DNA of 64,000 nucleotides from assembly GCA_038327905.1 (NCBI GenBank), contig JBBQLN010000010.1, positions 11 to 64,010 of the forward strand. The letters are read 5' to 3'. Each line of letters opens with the position of its first letter. The stretch's first letter is position 1. Source of the DNA: Burkholderiales bacterium (GTDB lineage: Bacteria > Pseudomonadota > Gammaproteobacteria > Burkholderiales > Methylophilaceae). Below the pieces are notes generated by a model. The model had not been told where the DNA came from. It was given only the letters and a program-made list of their open reading frames with translations, and ran no database searches. A program made the translations under genes and the position numbers. This document shows, in pieces, positions 30,248 through 42,100 of this stretch.

Positions 30248-31135
30248 ATGCAAACAGATTCACAGAAAACGCGGGAAGACTCCTACGCAAAGCCATTTGA
30301 ATACATTATCCCGTGGAAGTCGGCGAGCATTCATTTAGGTAGTCATCGCGGCACGCAACGCGGGTTGGGCTTTGACTACCGTGGCAATGTTAACTTGGTG
30401 GACCACCCAGATGCGCGCCGCATGGACATTCGTGAAACCATGCGCGACCCGTTTGAACAGGTGCAGGTGCGGCAATTTAATCAAGAAAGCACTACGCCAA
30501 TTTATGCAGTCTGTGATTTATCTAGCTCAATGCAATTTAAGGGTCGCCAACGTAAGTTAGATAAGGCCATAGAAATTGCAACGGCAGTGGCAAATTCAGC
30601 CTATCACACTGGCGATGTATTCAGCTTTATTGGCTACAACCAACATGTTATTGAAGATTTCACCTTGCCGCTCAGTCGTAACTTGCATCAAACAAAAGAG
30701 GTGATTGCGCAACTGCATGACTATCATAAAACACGCGTTGGCTCTGATGGCATTTTGGAGGTTCCTGGCTTTTTAGGACAAAACAAAAGCTTGGTGTTTT
30801 GGATTTCGGACTTTCATATGCCACTAGCGGTGATTGAACAAACACTTAACGCCATGTCTGCACACTGCGTGATCCCTGTAGTGCTATGGGATGATCAAGA
30901 GTACAAAAAATTACCGAAATTTGGCTTTGGCTCCCTGATTGACCCTGAAACTGGCATGAACCGTACCATCTTTTTTAGATATGAAGTACGAGCCAAATTC
31001 ATTACCTCGTTTAACGACCGCAGACATACCTTAGAGAAGCTGTTTCTAAAGTTTGACTCGCCTGCGCTATTTATGCATGCCGACTACAAACCTGAAACCA
31101 TGACGCATTATTTTGAACATTACATGAGCATGTGA
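30248..31135 (+). CDS. DUF58 family protein with VWA-like fold (mxaS-like)
   Basis: 295 aa. The GSHRGTQRGLGFDYRGNV..D.RRMDIRETMR stretch resembles the DUF58 signature, followed by the MIDAS-like CDLSSSM. Canonical partner of MoxR. Confidence 0.75.
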   Translation: MQTDSQKTREDSYAKPFEYIIPWKSASIHLGSHRGTQRGLGFDYRGNVNLVDHPDARRMDIRETMRDPFEQVQVRQFNQESTTPIYAVCDLSSSMQFKGRQRKLDKAIEIATAVANSAYHTGDVFSFIGYNQHVIEDFTLPLSRNLHQTKEVIAQLHDYHKTRVGSDGILEVPGFLGQNKSLVFWISDFHMPLAVIEQTLNAMSAHCVIPVVLWDDQEYKKLPKFGFGSLIDPETGMNRTIFFRYEVRAKFITSFNDRRHTLEKLFLKFDSPALFMHADYKPETMTHYFEHYMSM

Positions 31136-31145
31136 GTTTAACGCT

Positions 31146-32093
31146 ATGAAAAAATTAATTAACAATACATTTACCCCTGTTTTCTATTTACTCAGCTTGA
31201 GTTTAATCGCTTTAACGTCAAGCACCAGCATGACTTTTGCAGCAGACATCGTGCAAGGTAAGCTGATTTCAACTATTAACCCAAGCAAAAATAATGGGAT
31301 ATTGATTGGCGATGTATTAAGCAGAAAACTGGTACTAGAGACTCAAGATCCCTTTAGGTTATCCAAAACCAAATTACCTAAAGTTGGCGGAAAAACCAAT
31401 GGTATAGAGCTTGTTAACCTTAAAGTAGAAGAGTCAAAAACAAGTAAAAAACTACGCTATACCATCACGCTTGATTATCAAGTATTTGCTACGGCAGAGG
31501 TGCCAACGGTGATGTCGCTGCCTGCAGAAAAATTCACACTGACAGATGGTACCAATACTAATGTGCTCAACACGCCCGCTTGGTCGTTCTGGTTTGCGCC
31601 ATTGGTGACTGGAGGTGTGAATGCTGCAGACAAAAATATACAGCCACAACTAAGTACGCCGCTGATAGGTGTTGGTATGCACCAAAATCGCTTTTATATC
31701 TTTCTTGGTTTGTTGCTGTCTAGCGTTATAGCTTTAATTTATATTAACGCCGATAGACAGTGGATGCCATTCATGGGTGGCCCATTTGCGCAGGCGCATC
31801 GAAAACTTAAACGTTTGGCTAAAGGTAATGCTGAATTAGGAAGCCAGAAAAAAGCACTCATCACGATGCATCAAGCATTCAACCGAACTTTTGGGGTCAA
31901 TTTATTTGCAAGTGACATTCCTACCTTGGTGGCATCGCGTTCTAATTTCAGCAATATGCAAGGTGAAATCCAACAGTTTTTTAATGATTCAAACCAATCG
32001 CTCTACGCTAGAAATGCTCAAGACAACAGTAATACAATTGAAAAACTCGTGCAATTAAGTAAGCAATTGCGTGATTGTGAGCGGAGAGTTTAA
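31146..32093 (+). CDS. Exported protein with one late TM helix (position and size of MxaA; family not verified)
   Basis: 315 aa. Signal peptide ..TSSTSMTFA-AD, a hydrophobic helix FYIFLGLLLSSVIALIYI near residue 185, and a C-terminal tail of about 110 aa. Confidence 0.45.
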   Translation: MKKLINNTFTPVFYLLSLSLIALTSSTSMTFAADIVQGKLISTINPSKNNGILIGDVLSRKLVLETQDPFRLSKTKLPKVGGKTNGIELVNLKVEESKTSKKLRYTITLDYQVFATAEVPTVMSLPAEKFTLTDGTNTNVLNTPAWSFWFAPLVTGGVNAADKNIQPQLSTPLIGVGMHQNRFYIFLGLLLSSVIALIYINADRQWMPFMGGPFAQAHRKLKRLAKGNAELGSQKKALITMHQAFNRTFGVNLFASDIPTLVASRSNFSNMQGEIQQFFNDSNQSLYARNAQDNSNTIEKLVQLSKQLRDCERRV

Positions 32094-33064
32094 TGGTATT
32101 GCTTAACCCTTGGGCATTATTGTTACTGCCTTTCATACTTGTACCGTTTTGGCTTAAAAGCCATCAAGGCCAAATGTATTCTTGGCTAGAGATGATGCCA
32201 GAAGATCAGTTTTCTGATCGAGTGAATTTTGCGGTTAAAGTTATCACAGCCCTGCTACTAGCTTGCATTGTGCTAGCGTTAGTCTCACCTCGCGGGCCAG
32301 ATGAAAAAGTGCAGCGCGTTGGTAAAGGCGCGCAAACGGTTATGGTGATAGACCGCAGTGTAAGTATGGATCACCCCTTTGCAGGTGACAGTTCTGGTCA
32401 TGCATCTGAAATAAAATCAGGAGCGGCACGTCGCCTGATTACCAAGTTTATTGACTCTAGACCAGACGATATGATGGGTGTGGTGGGATTCACAAACTCA
32501 GCACTGTACGGCATCAAGATAACTAATAATCGTGAGGCAATTCATGCAGCTATTAATGCTGCAACCAGCCCATCTTTAAATCAAACCAATATTGGCTCTG
32601 GTTTAACCGAGGCTGTAGGGCTGTTTGATGGCATTGCAAGTACTGGCTCTAGAGCAATTATTTTGCTATCTGACGGTGCAGGTAAAATTAGTCCGCGTGT
32701 TAAGTTTTTATTAAGTGAAAGCCTTAAAAAACGCAACTTGAGTATCTATTGGATTGTATTGCGTGAGCCTGATGACGTGAGTATTTTCTCAGGCATGAAG
32801 TATGAAGCAGACCGCATTCCAGCCGCCATTGAACTGGATGAGTACTTCAAATCATTAGGGCTTAAGTACAAGGCTTATGAAGCAGACAATCCCGAAACAT
32901 TGCAGTCGGCAATTGCTGATATTGACTCACGTGAGAGAAAAATTATTCAGTACACCGAAATCATCGCAGGGTATGACTATTCAAGGGTATTTATTATCAT
33001 TGCTTTAGTTTTAAGCTTGATTATTTTAATCGTTAAGAATTTGAGAGTGCATGAAAATGACTAG
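32093..33064 (+). CDS. Membrane VWA-domain protein with BatA-type N-terminus (mxaC-like)
   Basis: 323 aa. N-terminus MVLLNPWALLLLPFILVPFWL is BatA_N-like. MIDAS elements DRSVS, T(NIGSGL) and LLSDGAG. C-terminal TM helix. The start overlaps the upstream stop (TAATG). Confidence 0.75.
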   Translation: MVLLNPWALLLLPFILVPFWLKSHQGQMYSWLEMMPEDQFSDRVNFAVKVITALLLACIVLALVSPRGPDEKVQRVGKGAQTVMVIDRSVSMDHPFAGDSSGHASEIKSGAARRLITKFIDSRPDDMMGVVGFTNSALYGIKITNNREAIHAAINAATSPSLNQTNIGSGLTEAVGLFDGIASTGSRAIILLSDGAGKISPRVKFLLSESLKKRNLSIYWIVLREPDDVSIFSGMKYEADRIPAAIELDEYFKSLGLKYKAYEADNPETLQSAIADIDSRERKIIQYTEIIAGYDYSRVFIIIALVLSLIILIVKNLRVHEND

Positions 33065-33638
33065 TCATAAAGTATCTCACAGTGTTAAACGTAAAAACCA
33101 ATTACTGGCCTTGGCTGTGCTAGCTGGTTTATTAGGAACGGCTTATGAAGCCTATGAGCTACATAAAATCAACAATGCAAATAGCGCTTTGCTAAAGGGT
33201 CAATTACTGACTAATGACGAATTTCCATTCAATAAAAAATTTGCAGAAGCTTATCACCAAGGTAAAACGGGTAACTACAAGCTTGCTGTGCAAGGTTATA
33301 CCCAGCTTCTTGAGTCGCCAAAAAGCAAGCAGAAAGAAGCTAGCCCAACCATTAATGCAGAGCAGCAATCGAAAATCCACTTCAATATTGCGACTAATTT
33401 GTTCCGCTCTGGCTTAGTAAGGCTGGTCAACGCTGATGGCACACTTCAAGATGACGCAGTATTTTCTTATAAACAGGCCGTATCTTCTTATGAGCAGGCT
33501 TTAAGGCTAGTGCCTACCTCTCAAGTCGTTAAATTCAATTTAAGCTTATTGCATTCCGTCATACCAAAAAATATGAGAGCCGCCGAAAAAGATCAAGCAG
33601 GCATGGCACTTAGCAACTTACCTCAAGGTTTGCCATGA
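33051..33638 (+). CDS. TM-anchored TPR-like protein (mxaK-like position)
   Basis: 195 aa. N-terminal anchor LLALAVLAGLLGTAY, then helical repeats (..YKLAVQGYTQLLE.., ..AVSSYEQALRLVP..). 14-nt overlap with the upstream gene. Confidence 0.5.
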   Translation: MKMTSHKVSHSVKRKNQLLALAVLAGLLGTAYEAYELHKINNANSALLKGQLLTNDEFPFNKKFAEAYHQGKTGNYKLAVQGYTQLLESPKSKQKEASPTINAEQQSKIHFNIATNLFRSGLVRLVNADGTLQDDAVFSYKQAVSSYEQALRLVPTSQVVKFNLSLLHSVIPKNMRAAEKDQAGMALSNLPQGLP

Positions 33639-34600
33639 GTAAATTATTAACCTTATTGAAACAAAATTATGAAACAGTTTTGCTGCTTTTTGCGGCTGTG
33701 TTTCTGCTACTAGCTTTGTTTAAACCAGACATTCAGTTAAAGCAGAATGTGCATAATTACTTGTTGCTTGCAGATGTTTCGCAAAGTATGAACGCCATCG
33801 ACATGAAAGTGGATAACAAAGCGAGTAGTCGCTTAGCTTATACACAGCACTTGATGAAAAAAGTGGTTGAAACCTCGCCTTGTGGTACCTATGTGAGCGT
33901 AGCGGTGTTTGCGGCAGAAAATGCAGCGCTATTGTTTATGCCGCTAGAAGTATGTAGCAATTATGATGTGATTTCAGACACCATAGACCATTTAGAGTGG
34001 CGTATGGCATGGAGTGGCAATAGCCGCATGACGTTTGGTGTAAAGGCCGCAGAAGGTGTATTTGATTACTTAAACATTCCAGCACAAATGCTATTTTTTA
34101 CTGATGGTGATGAGTCACCTAAATCCAATGGTATTAACAAGCTAGACATTAGCGATGTGACTATCGGTAAAAATGTGATTTTTGTCGGTGTTGGTGGGCA
34201 TGAACCCTCCCCTATTCCTCGCTATAACGCCAACAACGGCTTTGTTGGATATTGGGGAACGGATGCTGCTGCAGAAAGCGCGGGCGGCGGCATTATGTAC
34301 AACGATGCAAGTAAAGATGATCCAGACCCTCCTGTAGCCTACGCAGAATTCGATCGTTATTTGTCTAAGTTAGATGTAGATCACTTAAAAGATATGGCAA
34401 ACGAGATTAAAGGTCAGTATGTAGAGGGGCTTGATAAACCTGAGTTTTATGATTTTATTCAAACACAAAAACCAGCGGCAAAATTTGTGACGGGTTACTC
34501 TGTGCGTTGGATCTATTTAAGTCTAGCCGCATTGCTTATACTTTCAACCTTTCTACCAAACTTGTTATCTTTATGGGCGGGCAAACGGTTAGCAGGCTAA
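33635..34600 (+). CDS. Membrane VWA-domain protein (mxaL-like)
   Basis: 321 aa. N-terminal TM helix, MIDAS DVSQS and FFTDGDE, C-terminal TM helix. ATGA overlap with the upstream gene. Confidence 0.7.
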   Translation: MSKLLTLLKQNYETVLLLFAAVFLLLALFKPDIQLKQNVHNYLLLADVSQSMNAIDMKVDNKASSRLAYTQHLMKKVVETSPCGTYVSVAVFAAENAALLFMPLEVCSNYDVISDTIDHLEWRMAWSGNSRMTFGVKAAEGVFDYLNIPAQMLFFTDGDESPKSNGINKLDISDVTIGKNVIFVGVGGHEPSPIPRYNANNGFVGYWGTDAAAESAGGGIMYNDASKDDPDPPVAYAEFDRYLSKLDVDHLKDMANEIKGQYVEGLDKPEFYDFIQTQKPAAKFVTGYSVRWIYLSLAALLILSTFLPNLLSLWAGKRLAG

Positions 34601-34832
34601 CTTAACCTAAACACAATACCCTTCATCAACAACAGCTTGAGTAGTGACTATTAAGAACATGTGGATACTTTAGCATTGTGTTTAGACCTGATTAAGTTAG
34701 AAACAACGACTGTAAATTTGTTTGCAAATATACTTGTCACTTAGTTCTAGCGGCTACAAATTGGGTTTTTTTCCCCAACAAGCTGTCACATTTAAATAAT
34801 GTGCAAAATAAGTCATCGTATTCACCAGCCAT

Positions 34833-35774
34833 CTATTCGGATTTATGAATAAACAAGAAATTTAAATCATGTGTTGGTTTAAAGTTTTGCTGATGAAACT
34901 CAAAAGTCAGCGGGTCTATTTTTTTTAACTCACCATCAAAACAAAAACTGACGATGTCTTTCGGACGCAGCTTTTTCACAGTTAACTTAAAATCTTTAAT
35001 TGCACCCTGCCAATTGTTGGCTGTCACTAATATATAACTAATATCCGCCCAATATAAGCCGTATTCTTTCTCTAAATTTTTCATTTGCAGCTGTGTACTT
35101 TTGTCTATACAGGCAACTTTTGCGTAATCATCAATCAAGTATTTAGCTGGCTGCGGCACGCCCGTGCTGATGCTAGGTGAGTAAGAATGTTGAATAGCGA
35201 CTGGCTTACCAGCTGGGAAATTTTGCTGCCAAGTAAAATATTCATTCAACGTAAATAATGGCACACCATCATTATCAAACCACGCATTAGGCAACGGCTT
35301 CTTACCTTTAGGTGGCTCATCCGCTACAAACCCATCACCAATATAGCCAATTAAATCTTTTTCACTCCATCCGTTCTCTGCAACTTTTTTAGAAATATCG
35401 GTTTTACCATCAAGCAATATCACAAGCTTACGTTCGGTTTTAATAGGCTTACTATCAACCCAAAGTTTAAAGTCCTTAATTTGCCCATGGTCAGAAGAGC
35501 CAAAATACATAGCAGGCATTGGAAACGCGATAGGCACAACTAAATCTTGGTGGCTTGTATTGGTAAACACATAATCCACTTTAACTTTTTCTTCACTGAT
35601 ATAGAGCGACTCTTTATCCATGCTGATATTGCGCTGATGCTTAAAAGTAATAGTGCCATTATCATCGCCAATGCTGCTGTCATTGGCGTAAGCAAATACG
35701 TTGTGGAATAGCGCGGTAATTAAAAAACTAATTTTTAAAGTTTGAATACAAGTCATATAAAACCACATTAACAT
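34833..35774 (-). CDS. Secreted protein of unknown function (possibly DUF4424-like)
   Basis: 313 aa. Signal peptide ..LFHNVFAYA-ND, beta-rich. The family is recalled only loosely. Alternative ATG starts exist at 35768 and 35756. Confidence 0.4.
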   Translation of the reverse strand: MLMWFYMTCIQTLKISFLITALFHNVFAYANDSSIGDDNGTITFKHQRNISMDKESLYISEEKVKVDYVFTNTSHQDLVVPIAFPMPAMYFGSSDHGQIKDFKLWVDSKPIKTERKLVILLDGKTDISKKVAENGWSEKDLIGYIGDGFVADEPPKGKKPLPNAWFDNDGVPLFTLNEYFTWQQNFPAGKPVAIQHSYSPSISTGVPQPAKYLIDDYAKVACIDKSTQLQMKNLEKEYGLYWADISYILVTANNWQGAIKDFKLTVKKLRPKDIVSFCFDGELKKIDPLTFEFHQQNFKPTHDLNFLFIHKSE

Positions 35775-35908
35775 TAGTGACCTTCAATTGTGCAATAGTA
35801 CGCCAACCCTAACAAGTCGTTTGTTAATTACGATACTTAATACAGATGAGTTAAATAATTGGCATGCAAATAAATCCTTTTTGCGCACCTTCTACTAAGG
35901 TAAAATAG

Positions 35909-37315
<1,407 letters not shown>

Positions 37316-37375
37316 CTGCAGCACTCGCGCAATACTGCACAGACAAGTCAGGCAATTAAATACGGTAGCCTACAC

Positions 37376-39124
37376 TTGAGAAAAATCCTTTTAATGTGTT
37401 TTTTGTGGCTATTTTGGACTCTGCCTGCACAGGCAGAGTCAGCACTTTATCAGGTTGAAATCACTGCCCCAGCGCCACTCAAAGACTTACTACAAAAACA
37501 TCTAGACATGCTGAAGTGGCGAGATAATCCACGGATGAATCCAGCAGAGTGGCAGCGCTTATTTTCTCTAGCGCCACAAAACATCAAAGACTTAATCGCA
37601 ACCGAAGGCTACTTCGCATCCAAAATTAAGTCAACGTTTGAAAATCAAAGTGGTGTCTACCTTGCAAAGTTTGTGGTCGAGGCTGGAGAACCTGTTTTAG
37701 TCAGTAATGTGGCGTTAAAATTTACCGGGGAGATTGCCACGCAACCAGCAGATGCCAAGCCTAGCGTAGAAAAACTGCGTGAAACATGGCCATTGAAACA
37801 AGGTGAGCCTTTCCGCCAAGCGGACTGGAACCAAGCCAAACGCAAATTATTGACTGAATTCTTAGTCGAGCGCTATCCCAATGCCAGCATCAGCAATAGC
37901 AAGGCAGAAGTTAATATTGAAACGCAGACTGTCGCACTCAGTGTCGAGATTGATAGCGGCGCAGCGATTAGGTTTGGTGATACTACAATAGAAGGGTTAA
38001 AACGCTATAAACCTAGAGTGGTTGAAAACCTAAACCCAATTAAACCAGGTCGTATTTACAACCAATCTGACATGTTGACTTTTCAAACACGCTTGCAGGA
38101 AAGTGGTTACTTTCAAAGTGTAGAAGTATCCGCTGATACACTTAACTCAAGTAACAGTGCTGAGCCGAATATCGCGCCAATTAAAGTCACCGCCGTTGAA
38201 AATCGTAGCATTAAAATGGGCATAGGTGCTGGCTTTAGTACCAACACGGGGCCTCGCGTTCAGCTATCAGTATATGATTTAAACTTGCTTAATTTAGGCT
38301 GGAGACTGTCCAGCAATCTCAAATTAGAAAAAAATGCGCAGGTACTTACTAGCGAAATTCATTTACCAATCACCAAAGCAGGTTTCCGAGATAGCCTAAA
38401 CGCAGATGTGTCTCATACCTTGATAGAAGGCTTGGATTTAACCATTGTGCAAACTGGCGTTAAACGTGCTTGGGGAGACAGAAAACGTGAGCAATACGTG
38501 ACTGCAAACTTACTCACGGAGCACTCATCGCCTGAAGGTGCAAGCTCTGACAGCACTTACGCAGGCACACTCGGCTATGGCATTATACTTAGGCATACTG
38601 ATAACGATCTTAATCCAACGCGGGGCTATCTACTAAATGTGCAATTTACTGGCGCGCCACTAACCTCTACAGCTAACGGTATTTTTTTGCAAAGCCATGT
38701 TAAAGCGCAGGCTTATTATCCAATTACGTCCAGCACCCAGTTTATAGCACGCGCTGAAATTGGCTTGGTGAATGGCAAAAACAGCGCCCCAGAATTATAT
38801 TTATTTCGTGCAGGCGGTGACCAATCGGTGCGTGGTTACGCCTTCCAAAGCTTGGGTATAAAAGAAGGTGATGCCATTGTTGGTGGGCGTTACATTGCAA
38901 CAGGTAGCGTTGAAGTGGTGCAGTGGCTCACCAGCCAGTGGGGAGCAGCAGTGTTTGTGGATGCAGGCAATGCGGCAAACTCATTACAAGACTTATCACC
39001 CGTGTATGGCTATGGTTTAGGCGCGCGCTGGAAAAGCCCGTTAGGGCCGATTGGTGCTGATATTGCTTATGGTGAAGCCACTGGAGAGTATCGATTTCAC
39101 TTTAATATAGGCGTAGCTTTCTGA
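37376..39124 (+). CDS. tamA: Omp85-family outer membrane protein TamA (translocation and assembly module)
   Basis: 582 aa. A TTG start gives the signal peptide MRKILLMCFLWLFWTLPAQA. POTRA-like N-terminal region and a C-terminal beta-barrel ending ..FHFNIGVAF. Immediately followed by tamB. Confidence 0.8.
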   Translation: MRKILLMCFLWLFWTLPAQAESALYQVEITAPAPLKDLLQKHLDMLKWRDNPRMNPAEWQRLFSLAPQNIKDLIATEGYFASKIKSTFENQSGVYLAKFVVEAGEPVLVSNVALKFTGEIATQPADAKPSVEKLRETWPLKQGEPFRQADWNQAKRKLLTEFLVERYPNASISNSKAEVNIETQTVALSVEIDSGAAIRFGDTTIEGLKRYKPRVVENLNPIKPGRIYNQSDMLTFQTRLQESGYFQSVEVSADTLNSSNSAEPNIAPIKVTAVENRSIKMGIGAGFSTNTGPRVQLSVYDLNLLNLGWRLSSNLKLEKNAQVLTSEIHLPITKAGFRDSLNADVSHTLIEGLDLTIVQTGVKRAWGDRKREQYVTANLLTEHSSPEGASSDSTYAGTLGYGIILRHTDNDLNPTRGYLLNVQFTGAPLTSTANGIFLQSHVKAQAYYPITSSTQFIARAEIGLVNGKNSAPELYLFRAGGDQSVRGYAFQSLGIKEGDAIVGGRYIATGSVEVVQWLTSQWGAAVFVDAGNAANSLQDLSPVYGYGLGARWKSPLGPIGADIAYGEATGEYRFHFNIGVAF

Positions 39125-42100
39125 TGATGCAACGCTACTTTTCAATGCGCTATTTAATGCTAATCGTGATGAGTCTCACGCTACTCATCTCGTCCGCACA
39201 TAGTGCAATGTCAATTAATGCCAATACCAGCCTTGATACTTTCAGTTACGATCTTGATAACATTCATCTAAAACTTGAAAAACTAGAGGCTAATTGGCAA
39301 CTCTCCCCATTAAACGGCGGTAAGTTAATGGTGGATAAAATGCGCGCAAGACGGCTTATTATCACGGTAGGTGACGGTACGGCAAAAGCTAAAGATTCAG
39401 GTCTGCCTGAGCATATTAAACCACCCTTTCCTATTCAAATTAATCAGGCTGAAATTAGCGAAATACTCGTCATTAAAAATGGTGAAACTCAAACCTATAA
39501 AAATCTAAAAATTAATCTTGAAGCTGATGCTAAAACTATCAAGATAAATACGTTAGACCTTAGTACGCCTTGGGGAGAAGCTTCGACAACATTACAGATG
39601 AGTACCGCAAAACCGTTTATGCTGAATGGTCTAACCAGCCTCAAAAAAACTGATGCCAGCACGCCTTACGATGTAAAAGTAGCGCTATCTGGCGACTTGC
39701 ACTCATTAGGCTTTAATAGCAACTTAGCACTCGTTAAAGACAACAAGCAGCTAGCCATACTCCAATCTCAACAAGCCAATACATCCCCAGTGGCTCTTTT
39801 AAATATTAAAGGGCAACTCGTTTTAAGCGATGATTATCCACTCTCGGCTAATATCACGATTGACGAACTCAAACCTGAAAACATAGGCAGCTATCCCGCA
39901 GCAAAACTCAACGTTGACATCGCAGTAAAGGGAAAACTTTTACCTACTTTAAGCACCTCTATTCAGTTTGCAGCACGCGATAGCCAATGGCAAAATCAAA
40001 CCTTGCTTAGCAAAGGCAACATCACTATTGAAGGTAAAAAAATCCAAAATATCGACCTACAAGCGAGTATCGCCAACAATACCATTCAAGCCAATGGCAG
40101 CCTTGGACAAGCAGACAGTGAGCTTAATTGGCAGATAGATTTGGCTGATTTAAAGAAATTTGGTGCAGAGTATTCTGGTCAGGCAAATGTGAGTGGTACG
40201 ATGACAGGGGCTTTTGATAATTTAGCACTTCAGCTCAAATTGCTGGCAAACAATCTCAAGCTAGCAGGTGGCTTAAAAGTCGACAAGCTAGAAGGTCAGG
40301 CCTCGATAATGGCGGATGAAAATGGCCAAGTGAAAGGTGAATTTACCGCCAGCAATCTACAATACGGCAAACATCCTGTGATGAATTCTAATCTGACTTT
40401 GCAGGGGTCGCGAGCACAGCATCAGCTAAACCTAACAGCACAAGGCAAAGCGTTTAAATTCGCGAGTACGCTGCAAGGCGGCTTAATCGCTGCAACAAAT
40501 CGCTGGCAAGGGGTATTGCAGAATCTTAATTTGGAAGGAACATCACCTGTCAAACTTGCCGCACCTGCCCCCCTAATAGTTGACACTCAAGGTGCCTCAC
40601 TGGCACAAGCGCACCTACAATTAAATAAAGGCAATCTGTTGATTGACTTTATAAAATATGACGCTAAGGGCTTTGAAACTGCAGGTCATGCAGAGCAATT
40701 AACGCTTGATGACTTACCAGCAGAGCTATTTATATTGCCATCCACGCTCCAAGGTAGCCCTACGTTTTCTGCAAAATGGGATATTAAAGCGACGGATAGC
40801 TTAAATGGTAACCTCAACTTATGGCGCGATAGTGGCGACTTCATGATGACCACAGCCGATGGCTCCAAAAAACCGTTGGGTTTGCAAGAGGCTAAATTTG
40901 ATGCCAAGTTTGTCAATAATCAAGCTGAGATTAGCACTAGCCTTAAAGGGCAGAATATTGGCTTTTTAGAGGCTAATTTAAGCACCATGCTCACCAAAGT
41001 GAATGCTGGCTTTGCCTTGCTTGGCAGCGCGCCACTTACCTTAAATGGCAAAGCACAATTACAAACACTGGCATGGCTACCAATGCCAACATCTCTAATG
41101 GACGCCAGCTTTGATGGTCTTTTGAATATGACCGTTTCGGCTAACGGCACGCTAGCCGCACCTAATTTAAACGGCAATTTAGATGGTAAGAATCTGCAAT
41201 TTTCACTACCAACAGAAGGCGTAGCCTTTACCAATGGCGAAGTACAAGCAAGCTTTGAACATGATAAGTTGCTGATAACAAAAGCCTCATGGCAAGGCGG
41301 CGATGGAAAATTACAGACAACTGGATCTTTATTGCTAAATGAAGGTAAACCACAAGTAGATTTAGATTGGTCTGCACAAAACTTCACAGCAATCTCACGT
41401 GCGGATCGCCTACTCACATTAAATGGCACGGGCAAAACCACATTAGCTAATGGCCTACTCATGATTTCAGGTAACTTCAATGTAGCAAAAGGGCTCGTTG
41501 AACTGTCTGATGAAGACACGCCAGTACTGGGTGACGACGTGGTCATTATCGGGCAAACCGACAGCACTCCTGAACCTGCACTCAAAATATTATTGAACGG
41601 ATTACGTATCAGTTTAGGCAAAGAGTTTACCTTGCGTGGTCGAGGGCTAGACGCGCAACTCACAGGCGCGTTAACCTTAACAGGCCTAACGCAATATCAG
41701 CCACACACCGAAGGCGTCATTGAAGTAAAAGATGGCTCTTTCTCCGCTTACGGACAAAAATTAATCATAGATCGTGGCATCATTAATTTTAACGGCACAG
41801 TAGAAAATCCAGCACTCAATATCAGAGCCATGCGCAATAGCACACCAGTCAATGCGGGTATCGAGGTCACAGGGACGGCGCTGATTCCTATTACGAAATT
41901 AGTGTCTGACCCAACCGTCGCAGACAGCGAGAAGTTGTCATGGCTAGTACTAGGTCACGGCTTAGACCAAACTAGCAAAGGTGACTATGGCTTATTATCA
42001 TTAGCTGCAGGCGTATTGCTGTCGCAAGGACAATCCGTACCATTACAAACTCAATTAGCGCGCGCTGCTGGCCTAGATGAGTTTAGCTTCTCTGGCGGTG

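Noticed and set aside
29182-34600. Interpretation as a Bacteroides-type Bat aerotolerance operon, or as a MoxR-vWA-VMAP conflict/defence system.
   Set aside because: The gene order (VWA, small TPR-like, VWA, preceded by an exported MxaA-sized protein) fits mxaRSACKL better. I saw no effector, no protease or nuclease domain, and no VMAP-like large protein. The Bat-like reading is kept as an alternative in the finding.
40920-41663. 247-aa ORF antisense to tamB. There are similar antisense ORFs at 14798-15265, 11197-11607, 49552-49947, 59631-60014 and 47232-47597.
   Set aside because: These ORFs lie entirely inside strongly supported genes on the other strand. Their Ser/Pro/Cys-rich, low-complexity composition is typical of antisense frames, and they have no motifs or plausible ribosome-binding sites.
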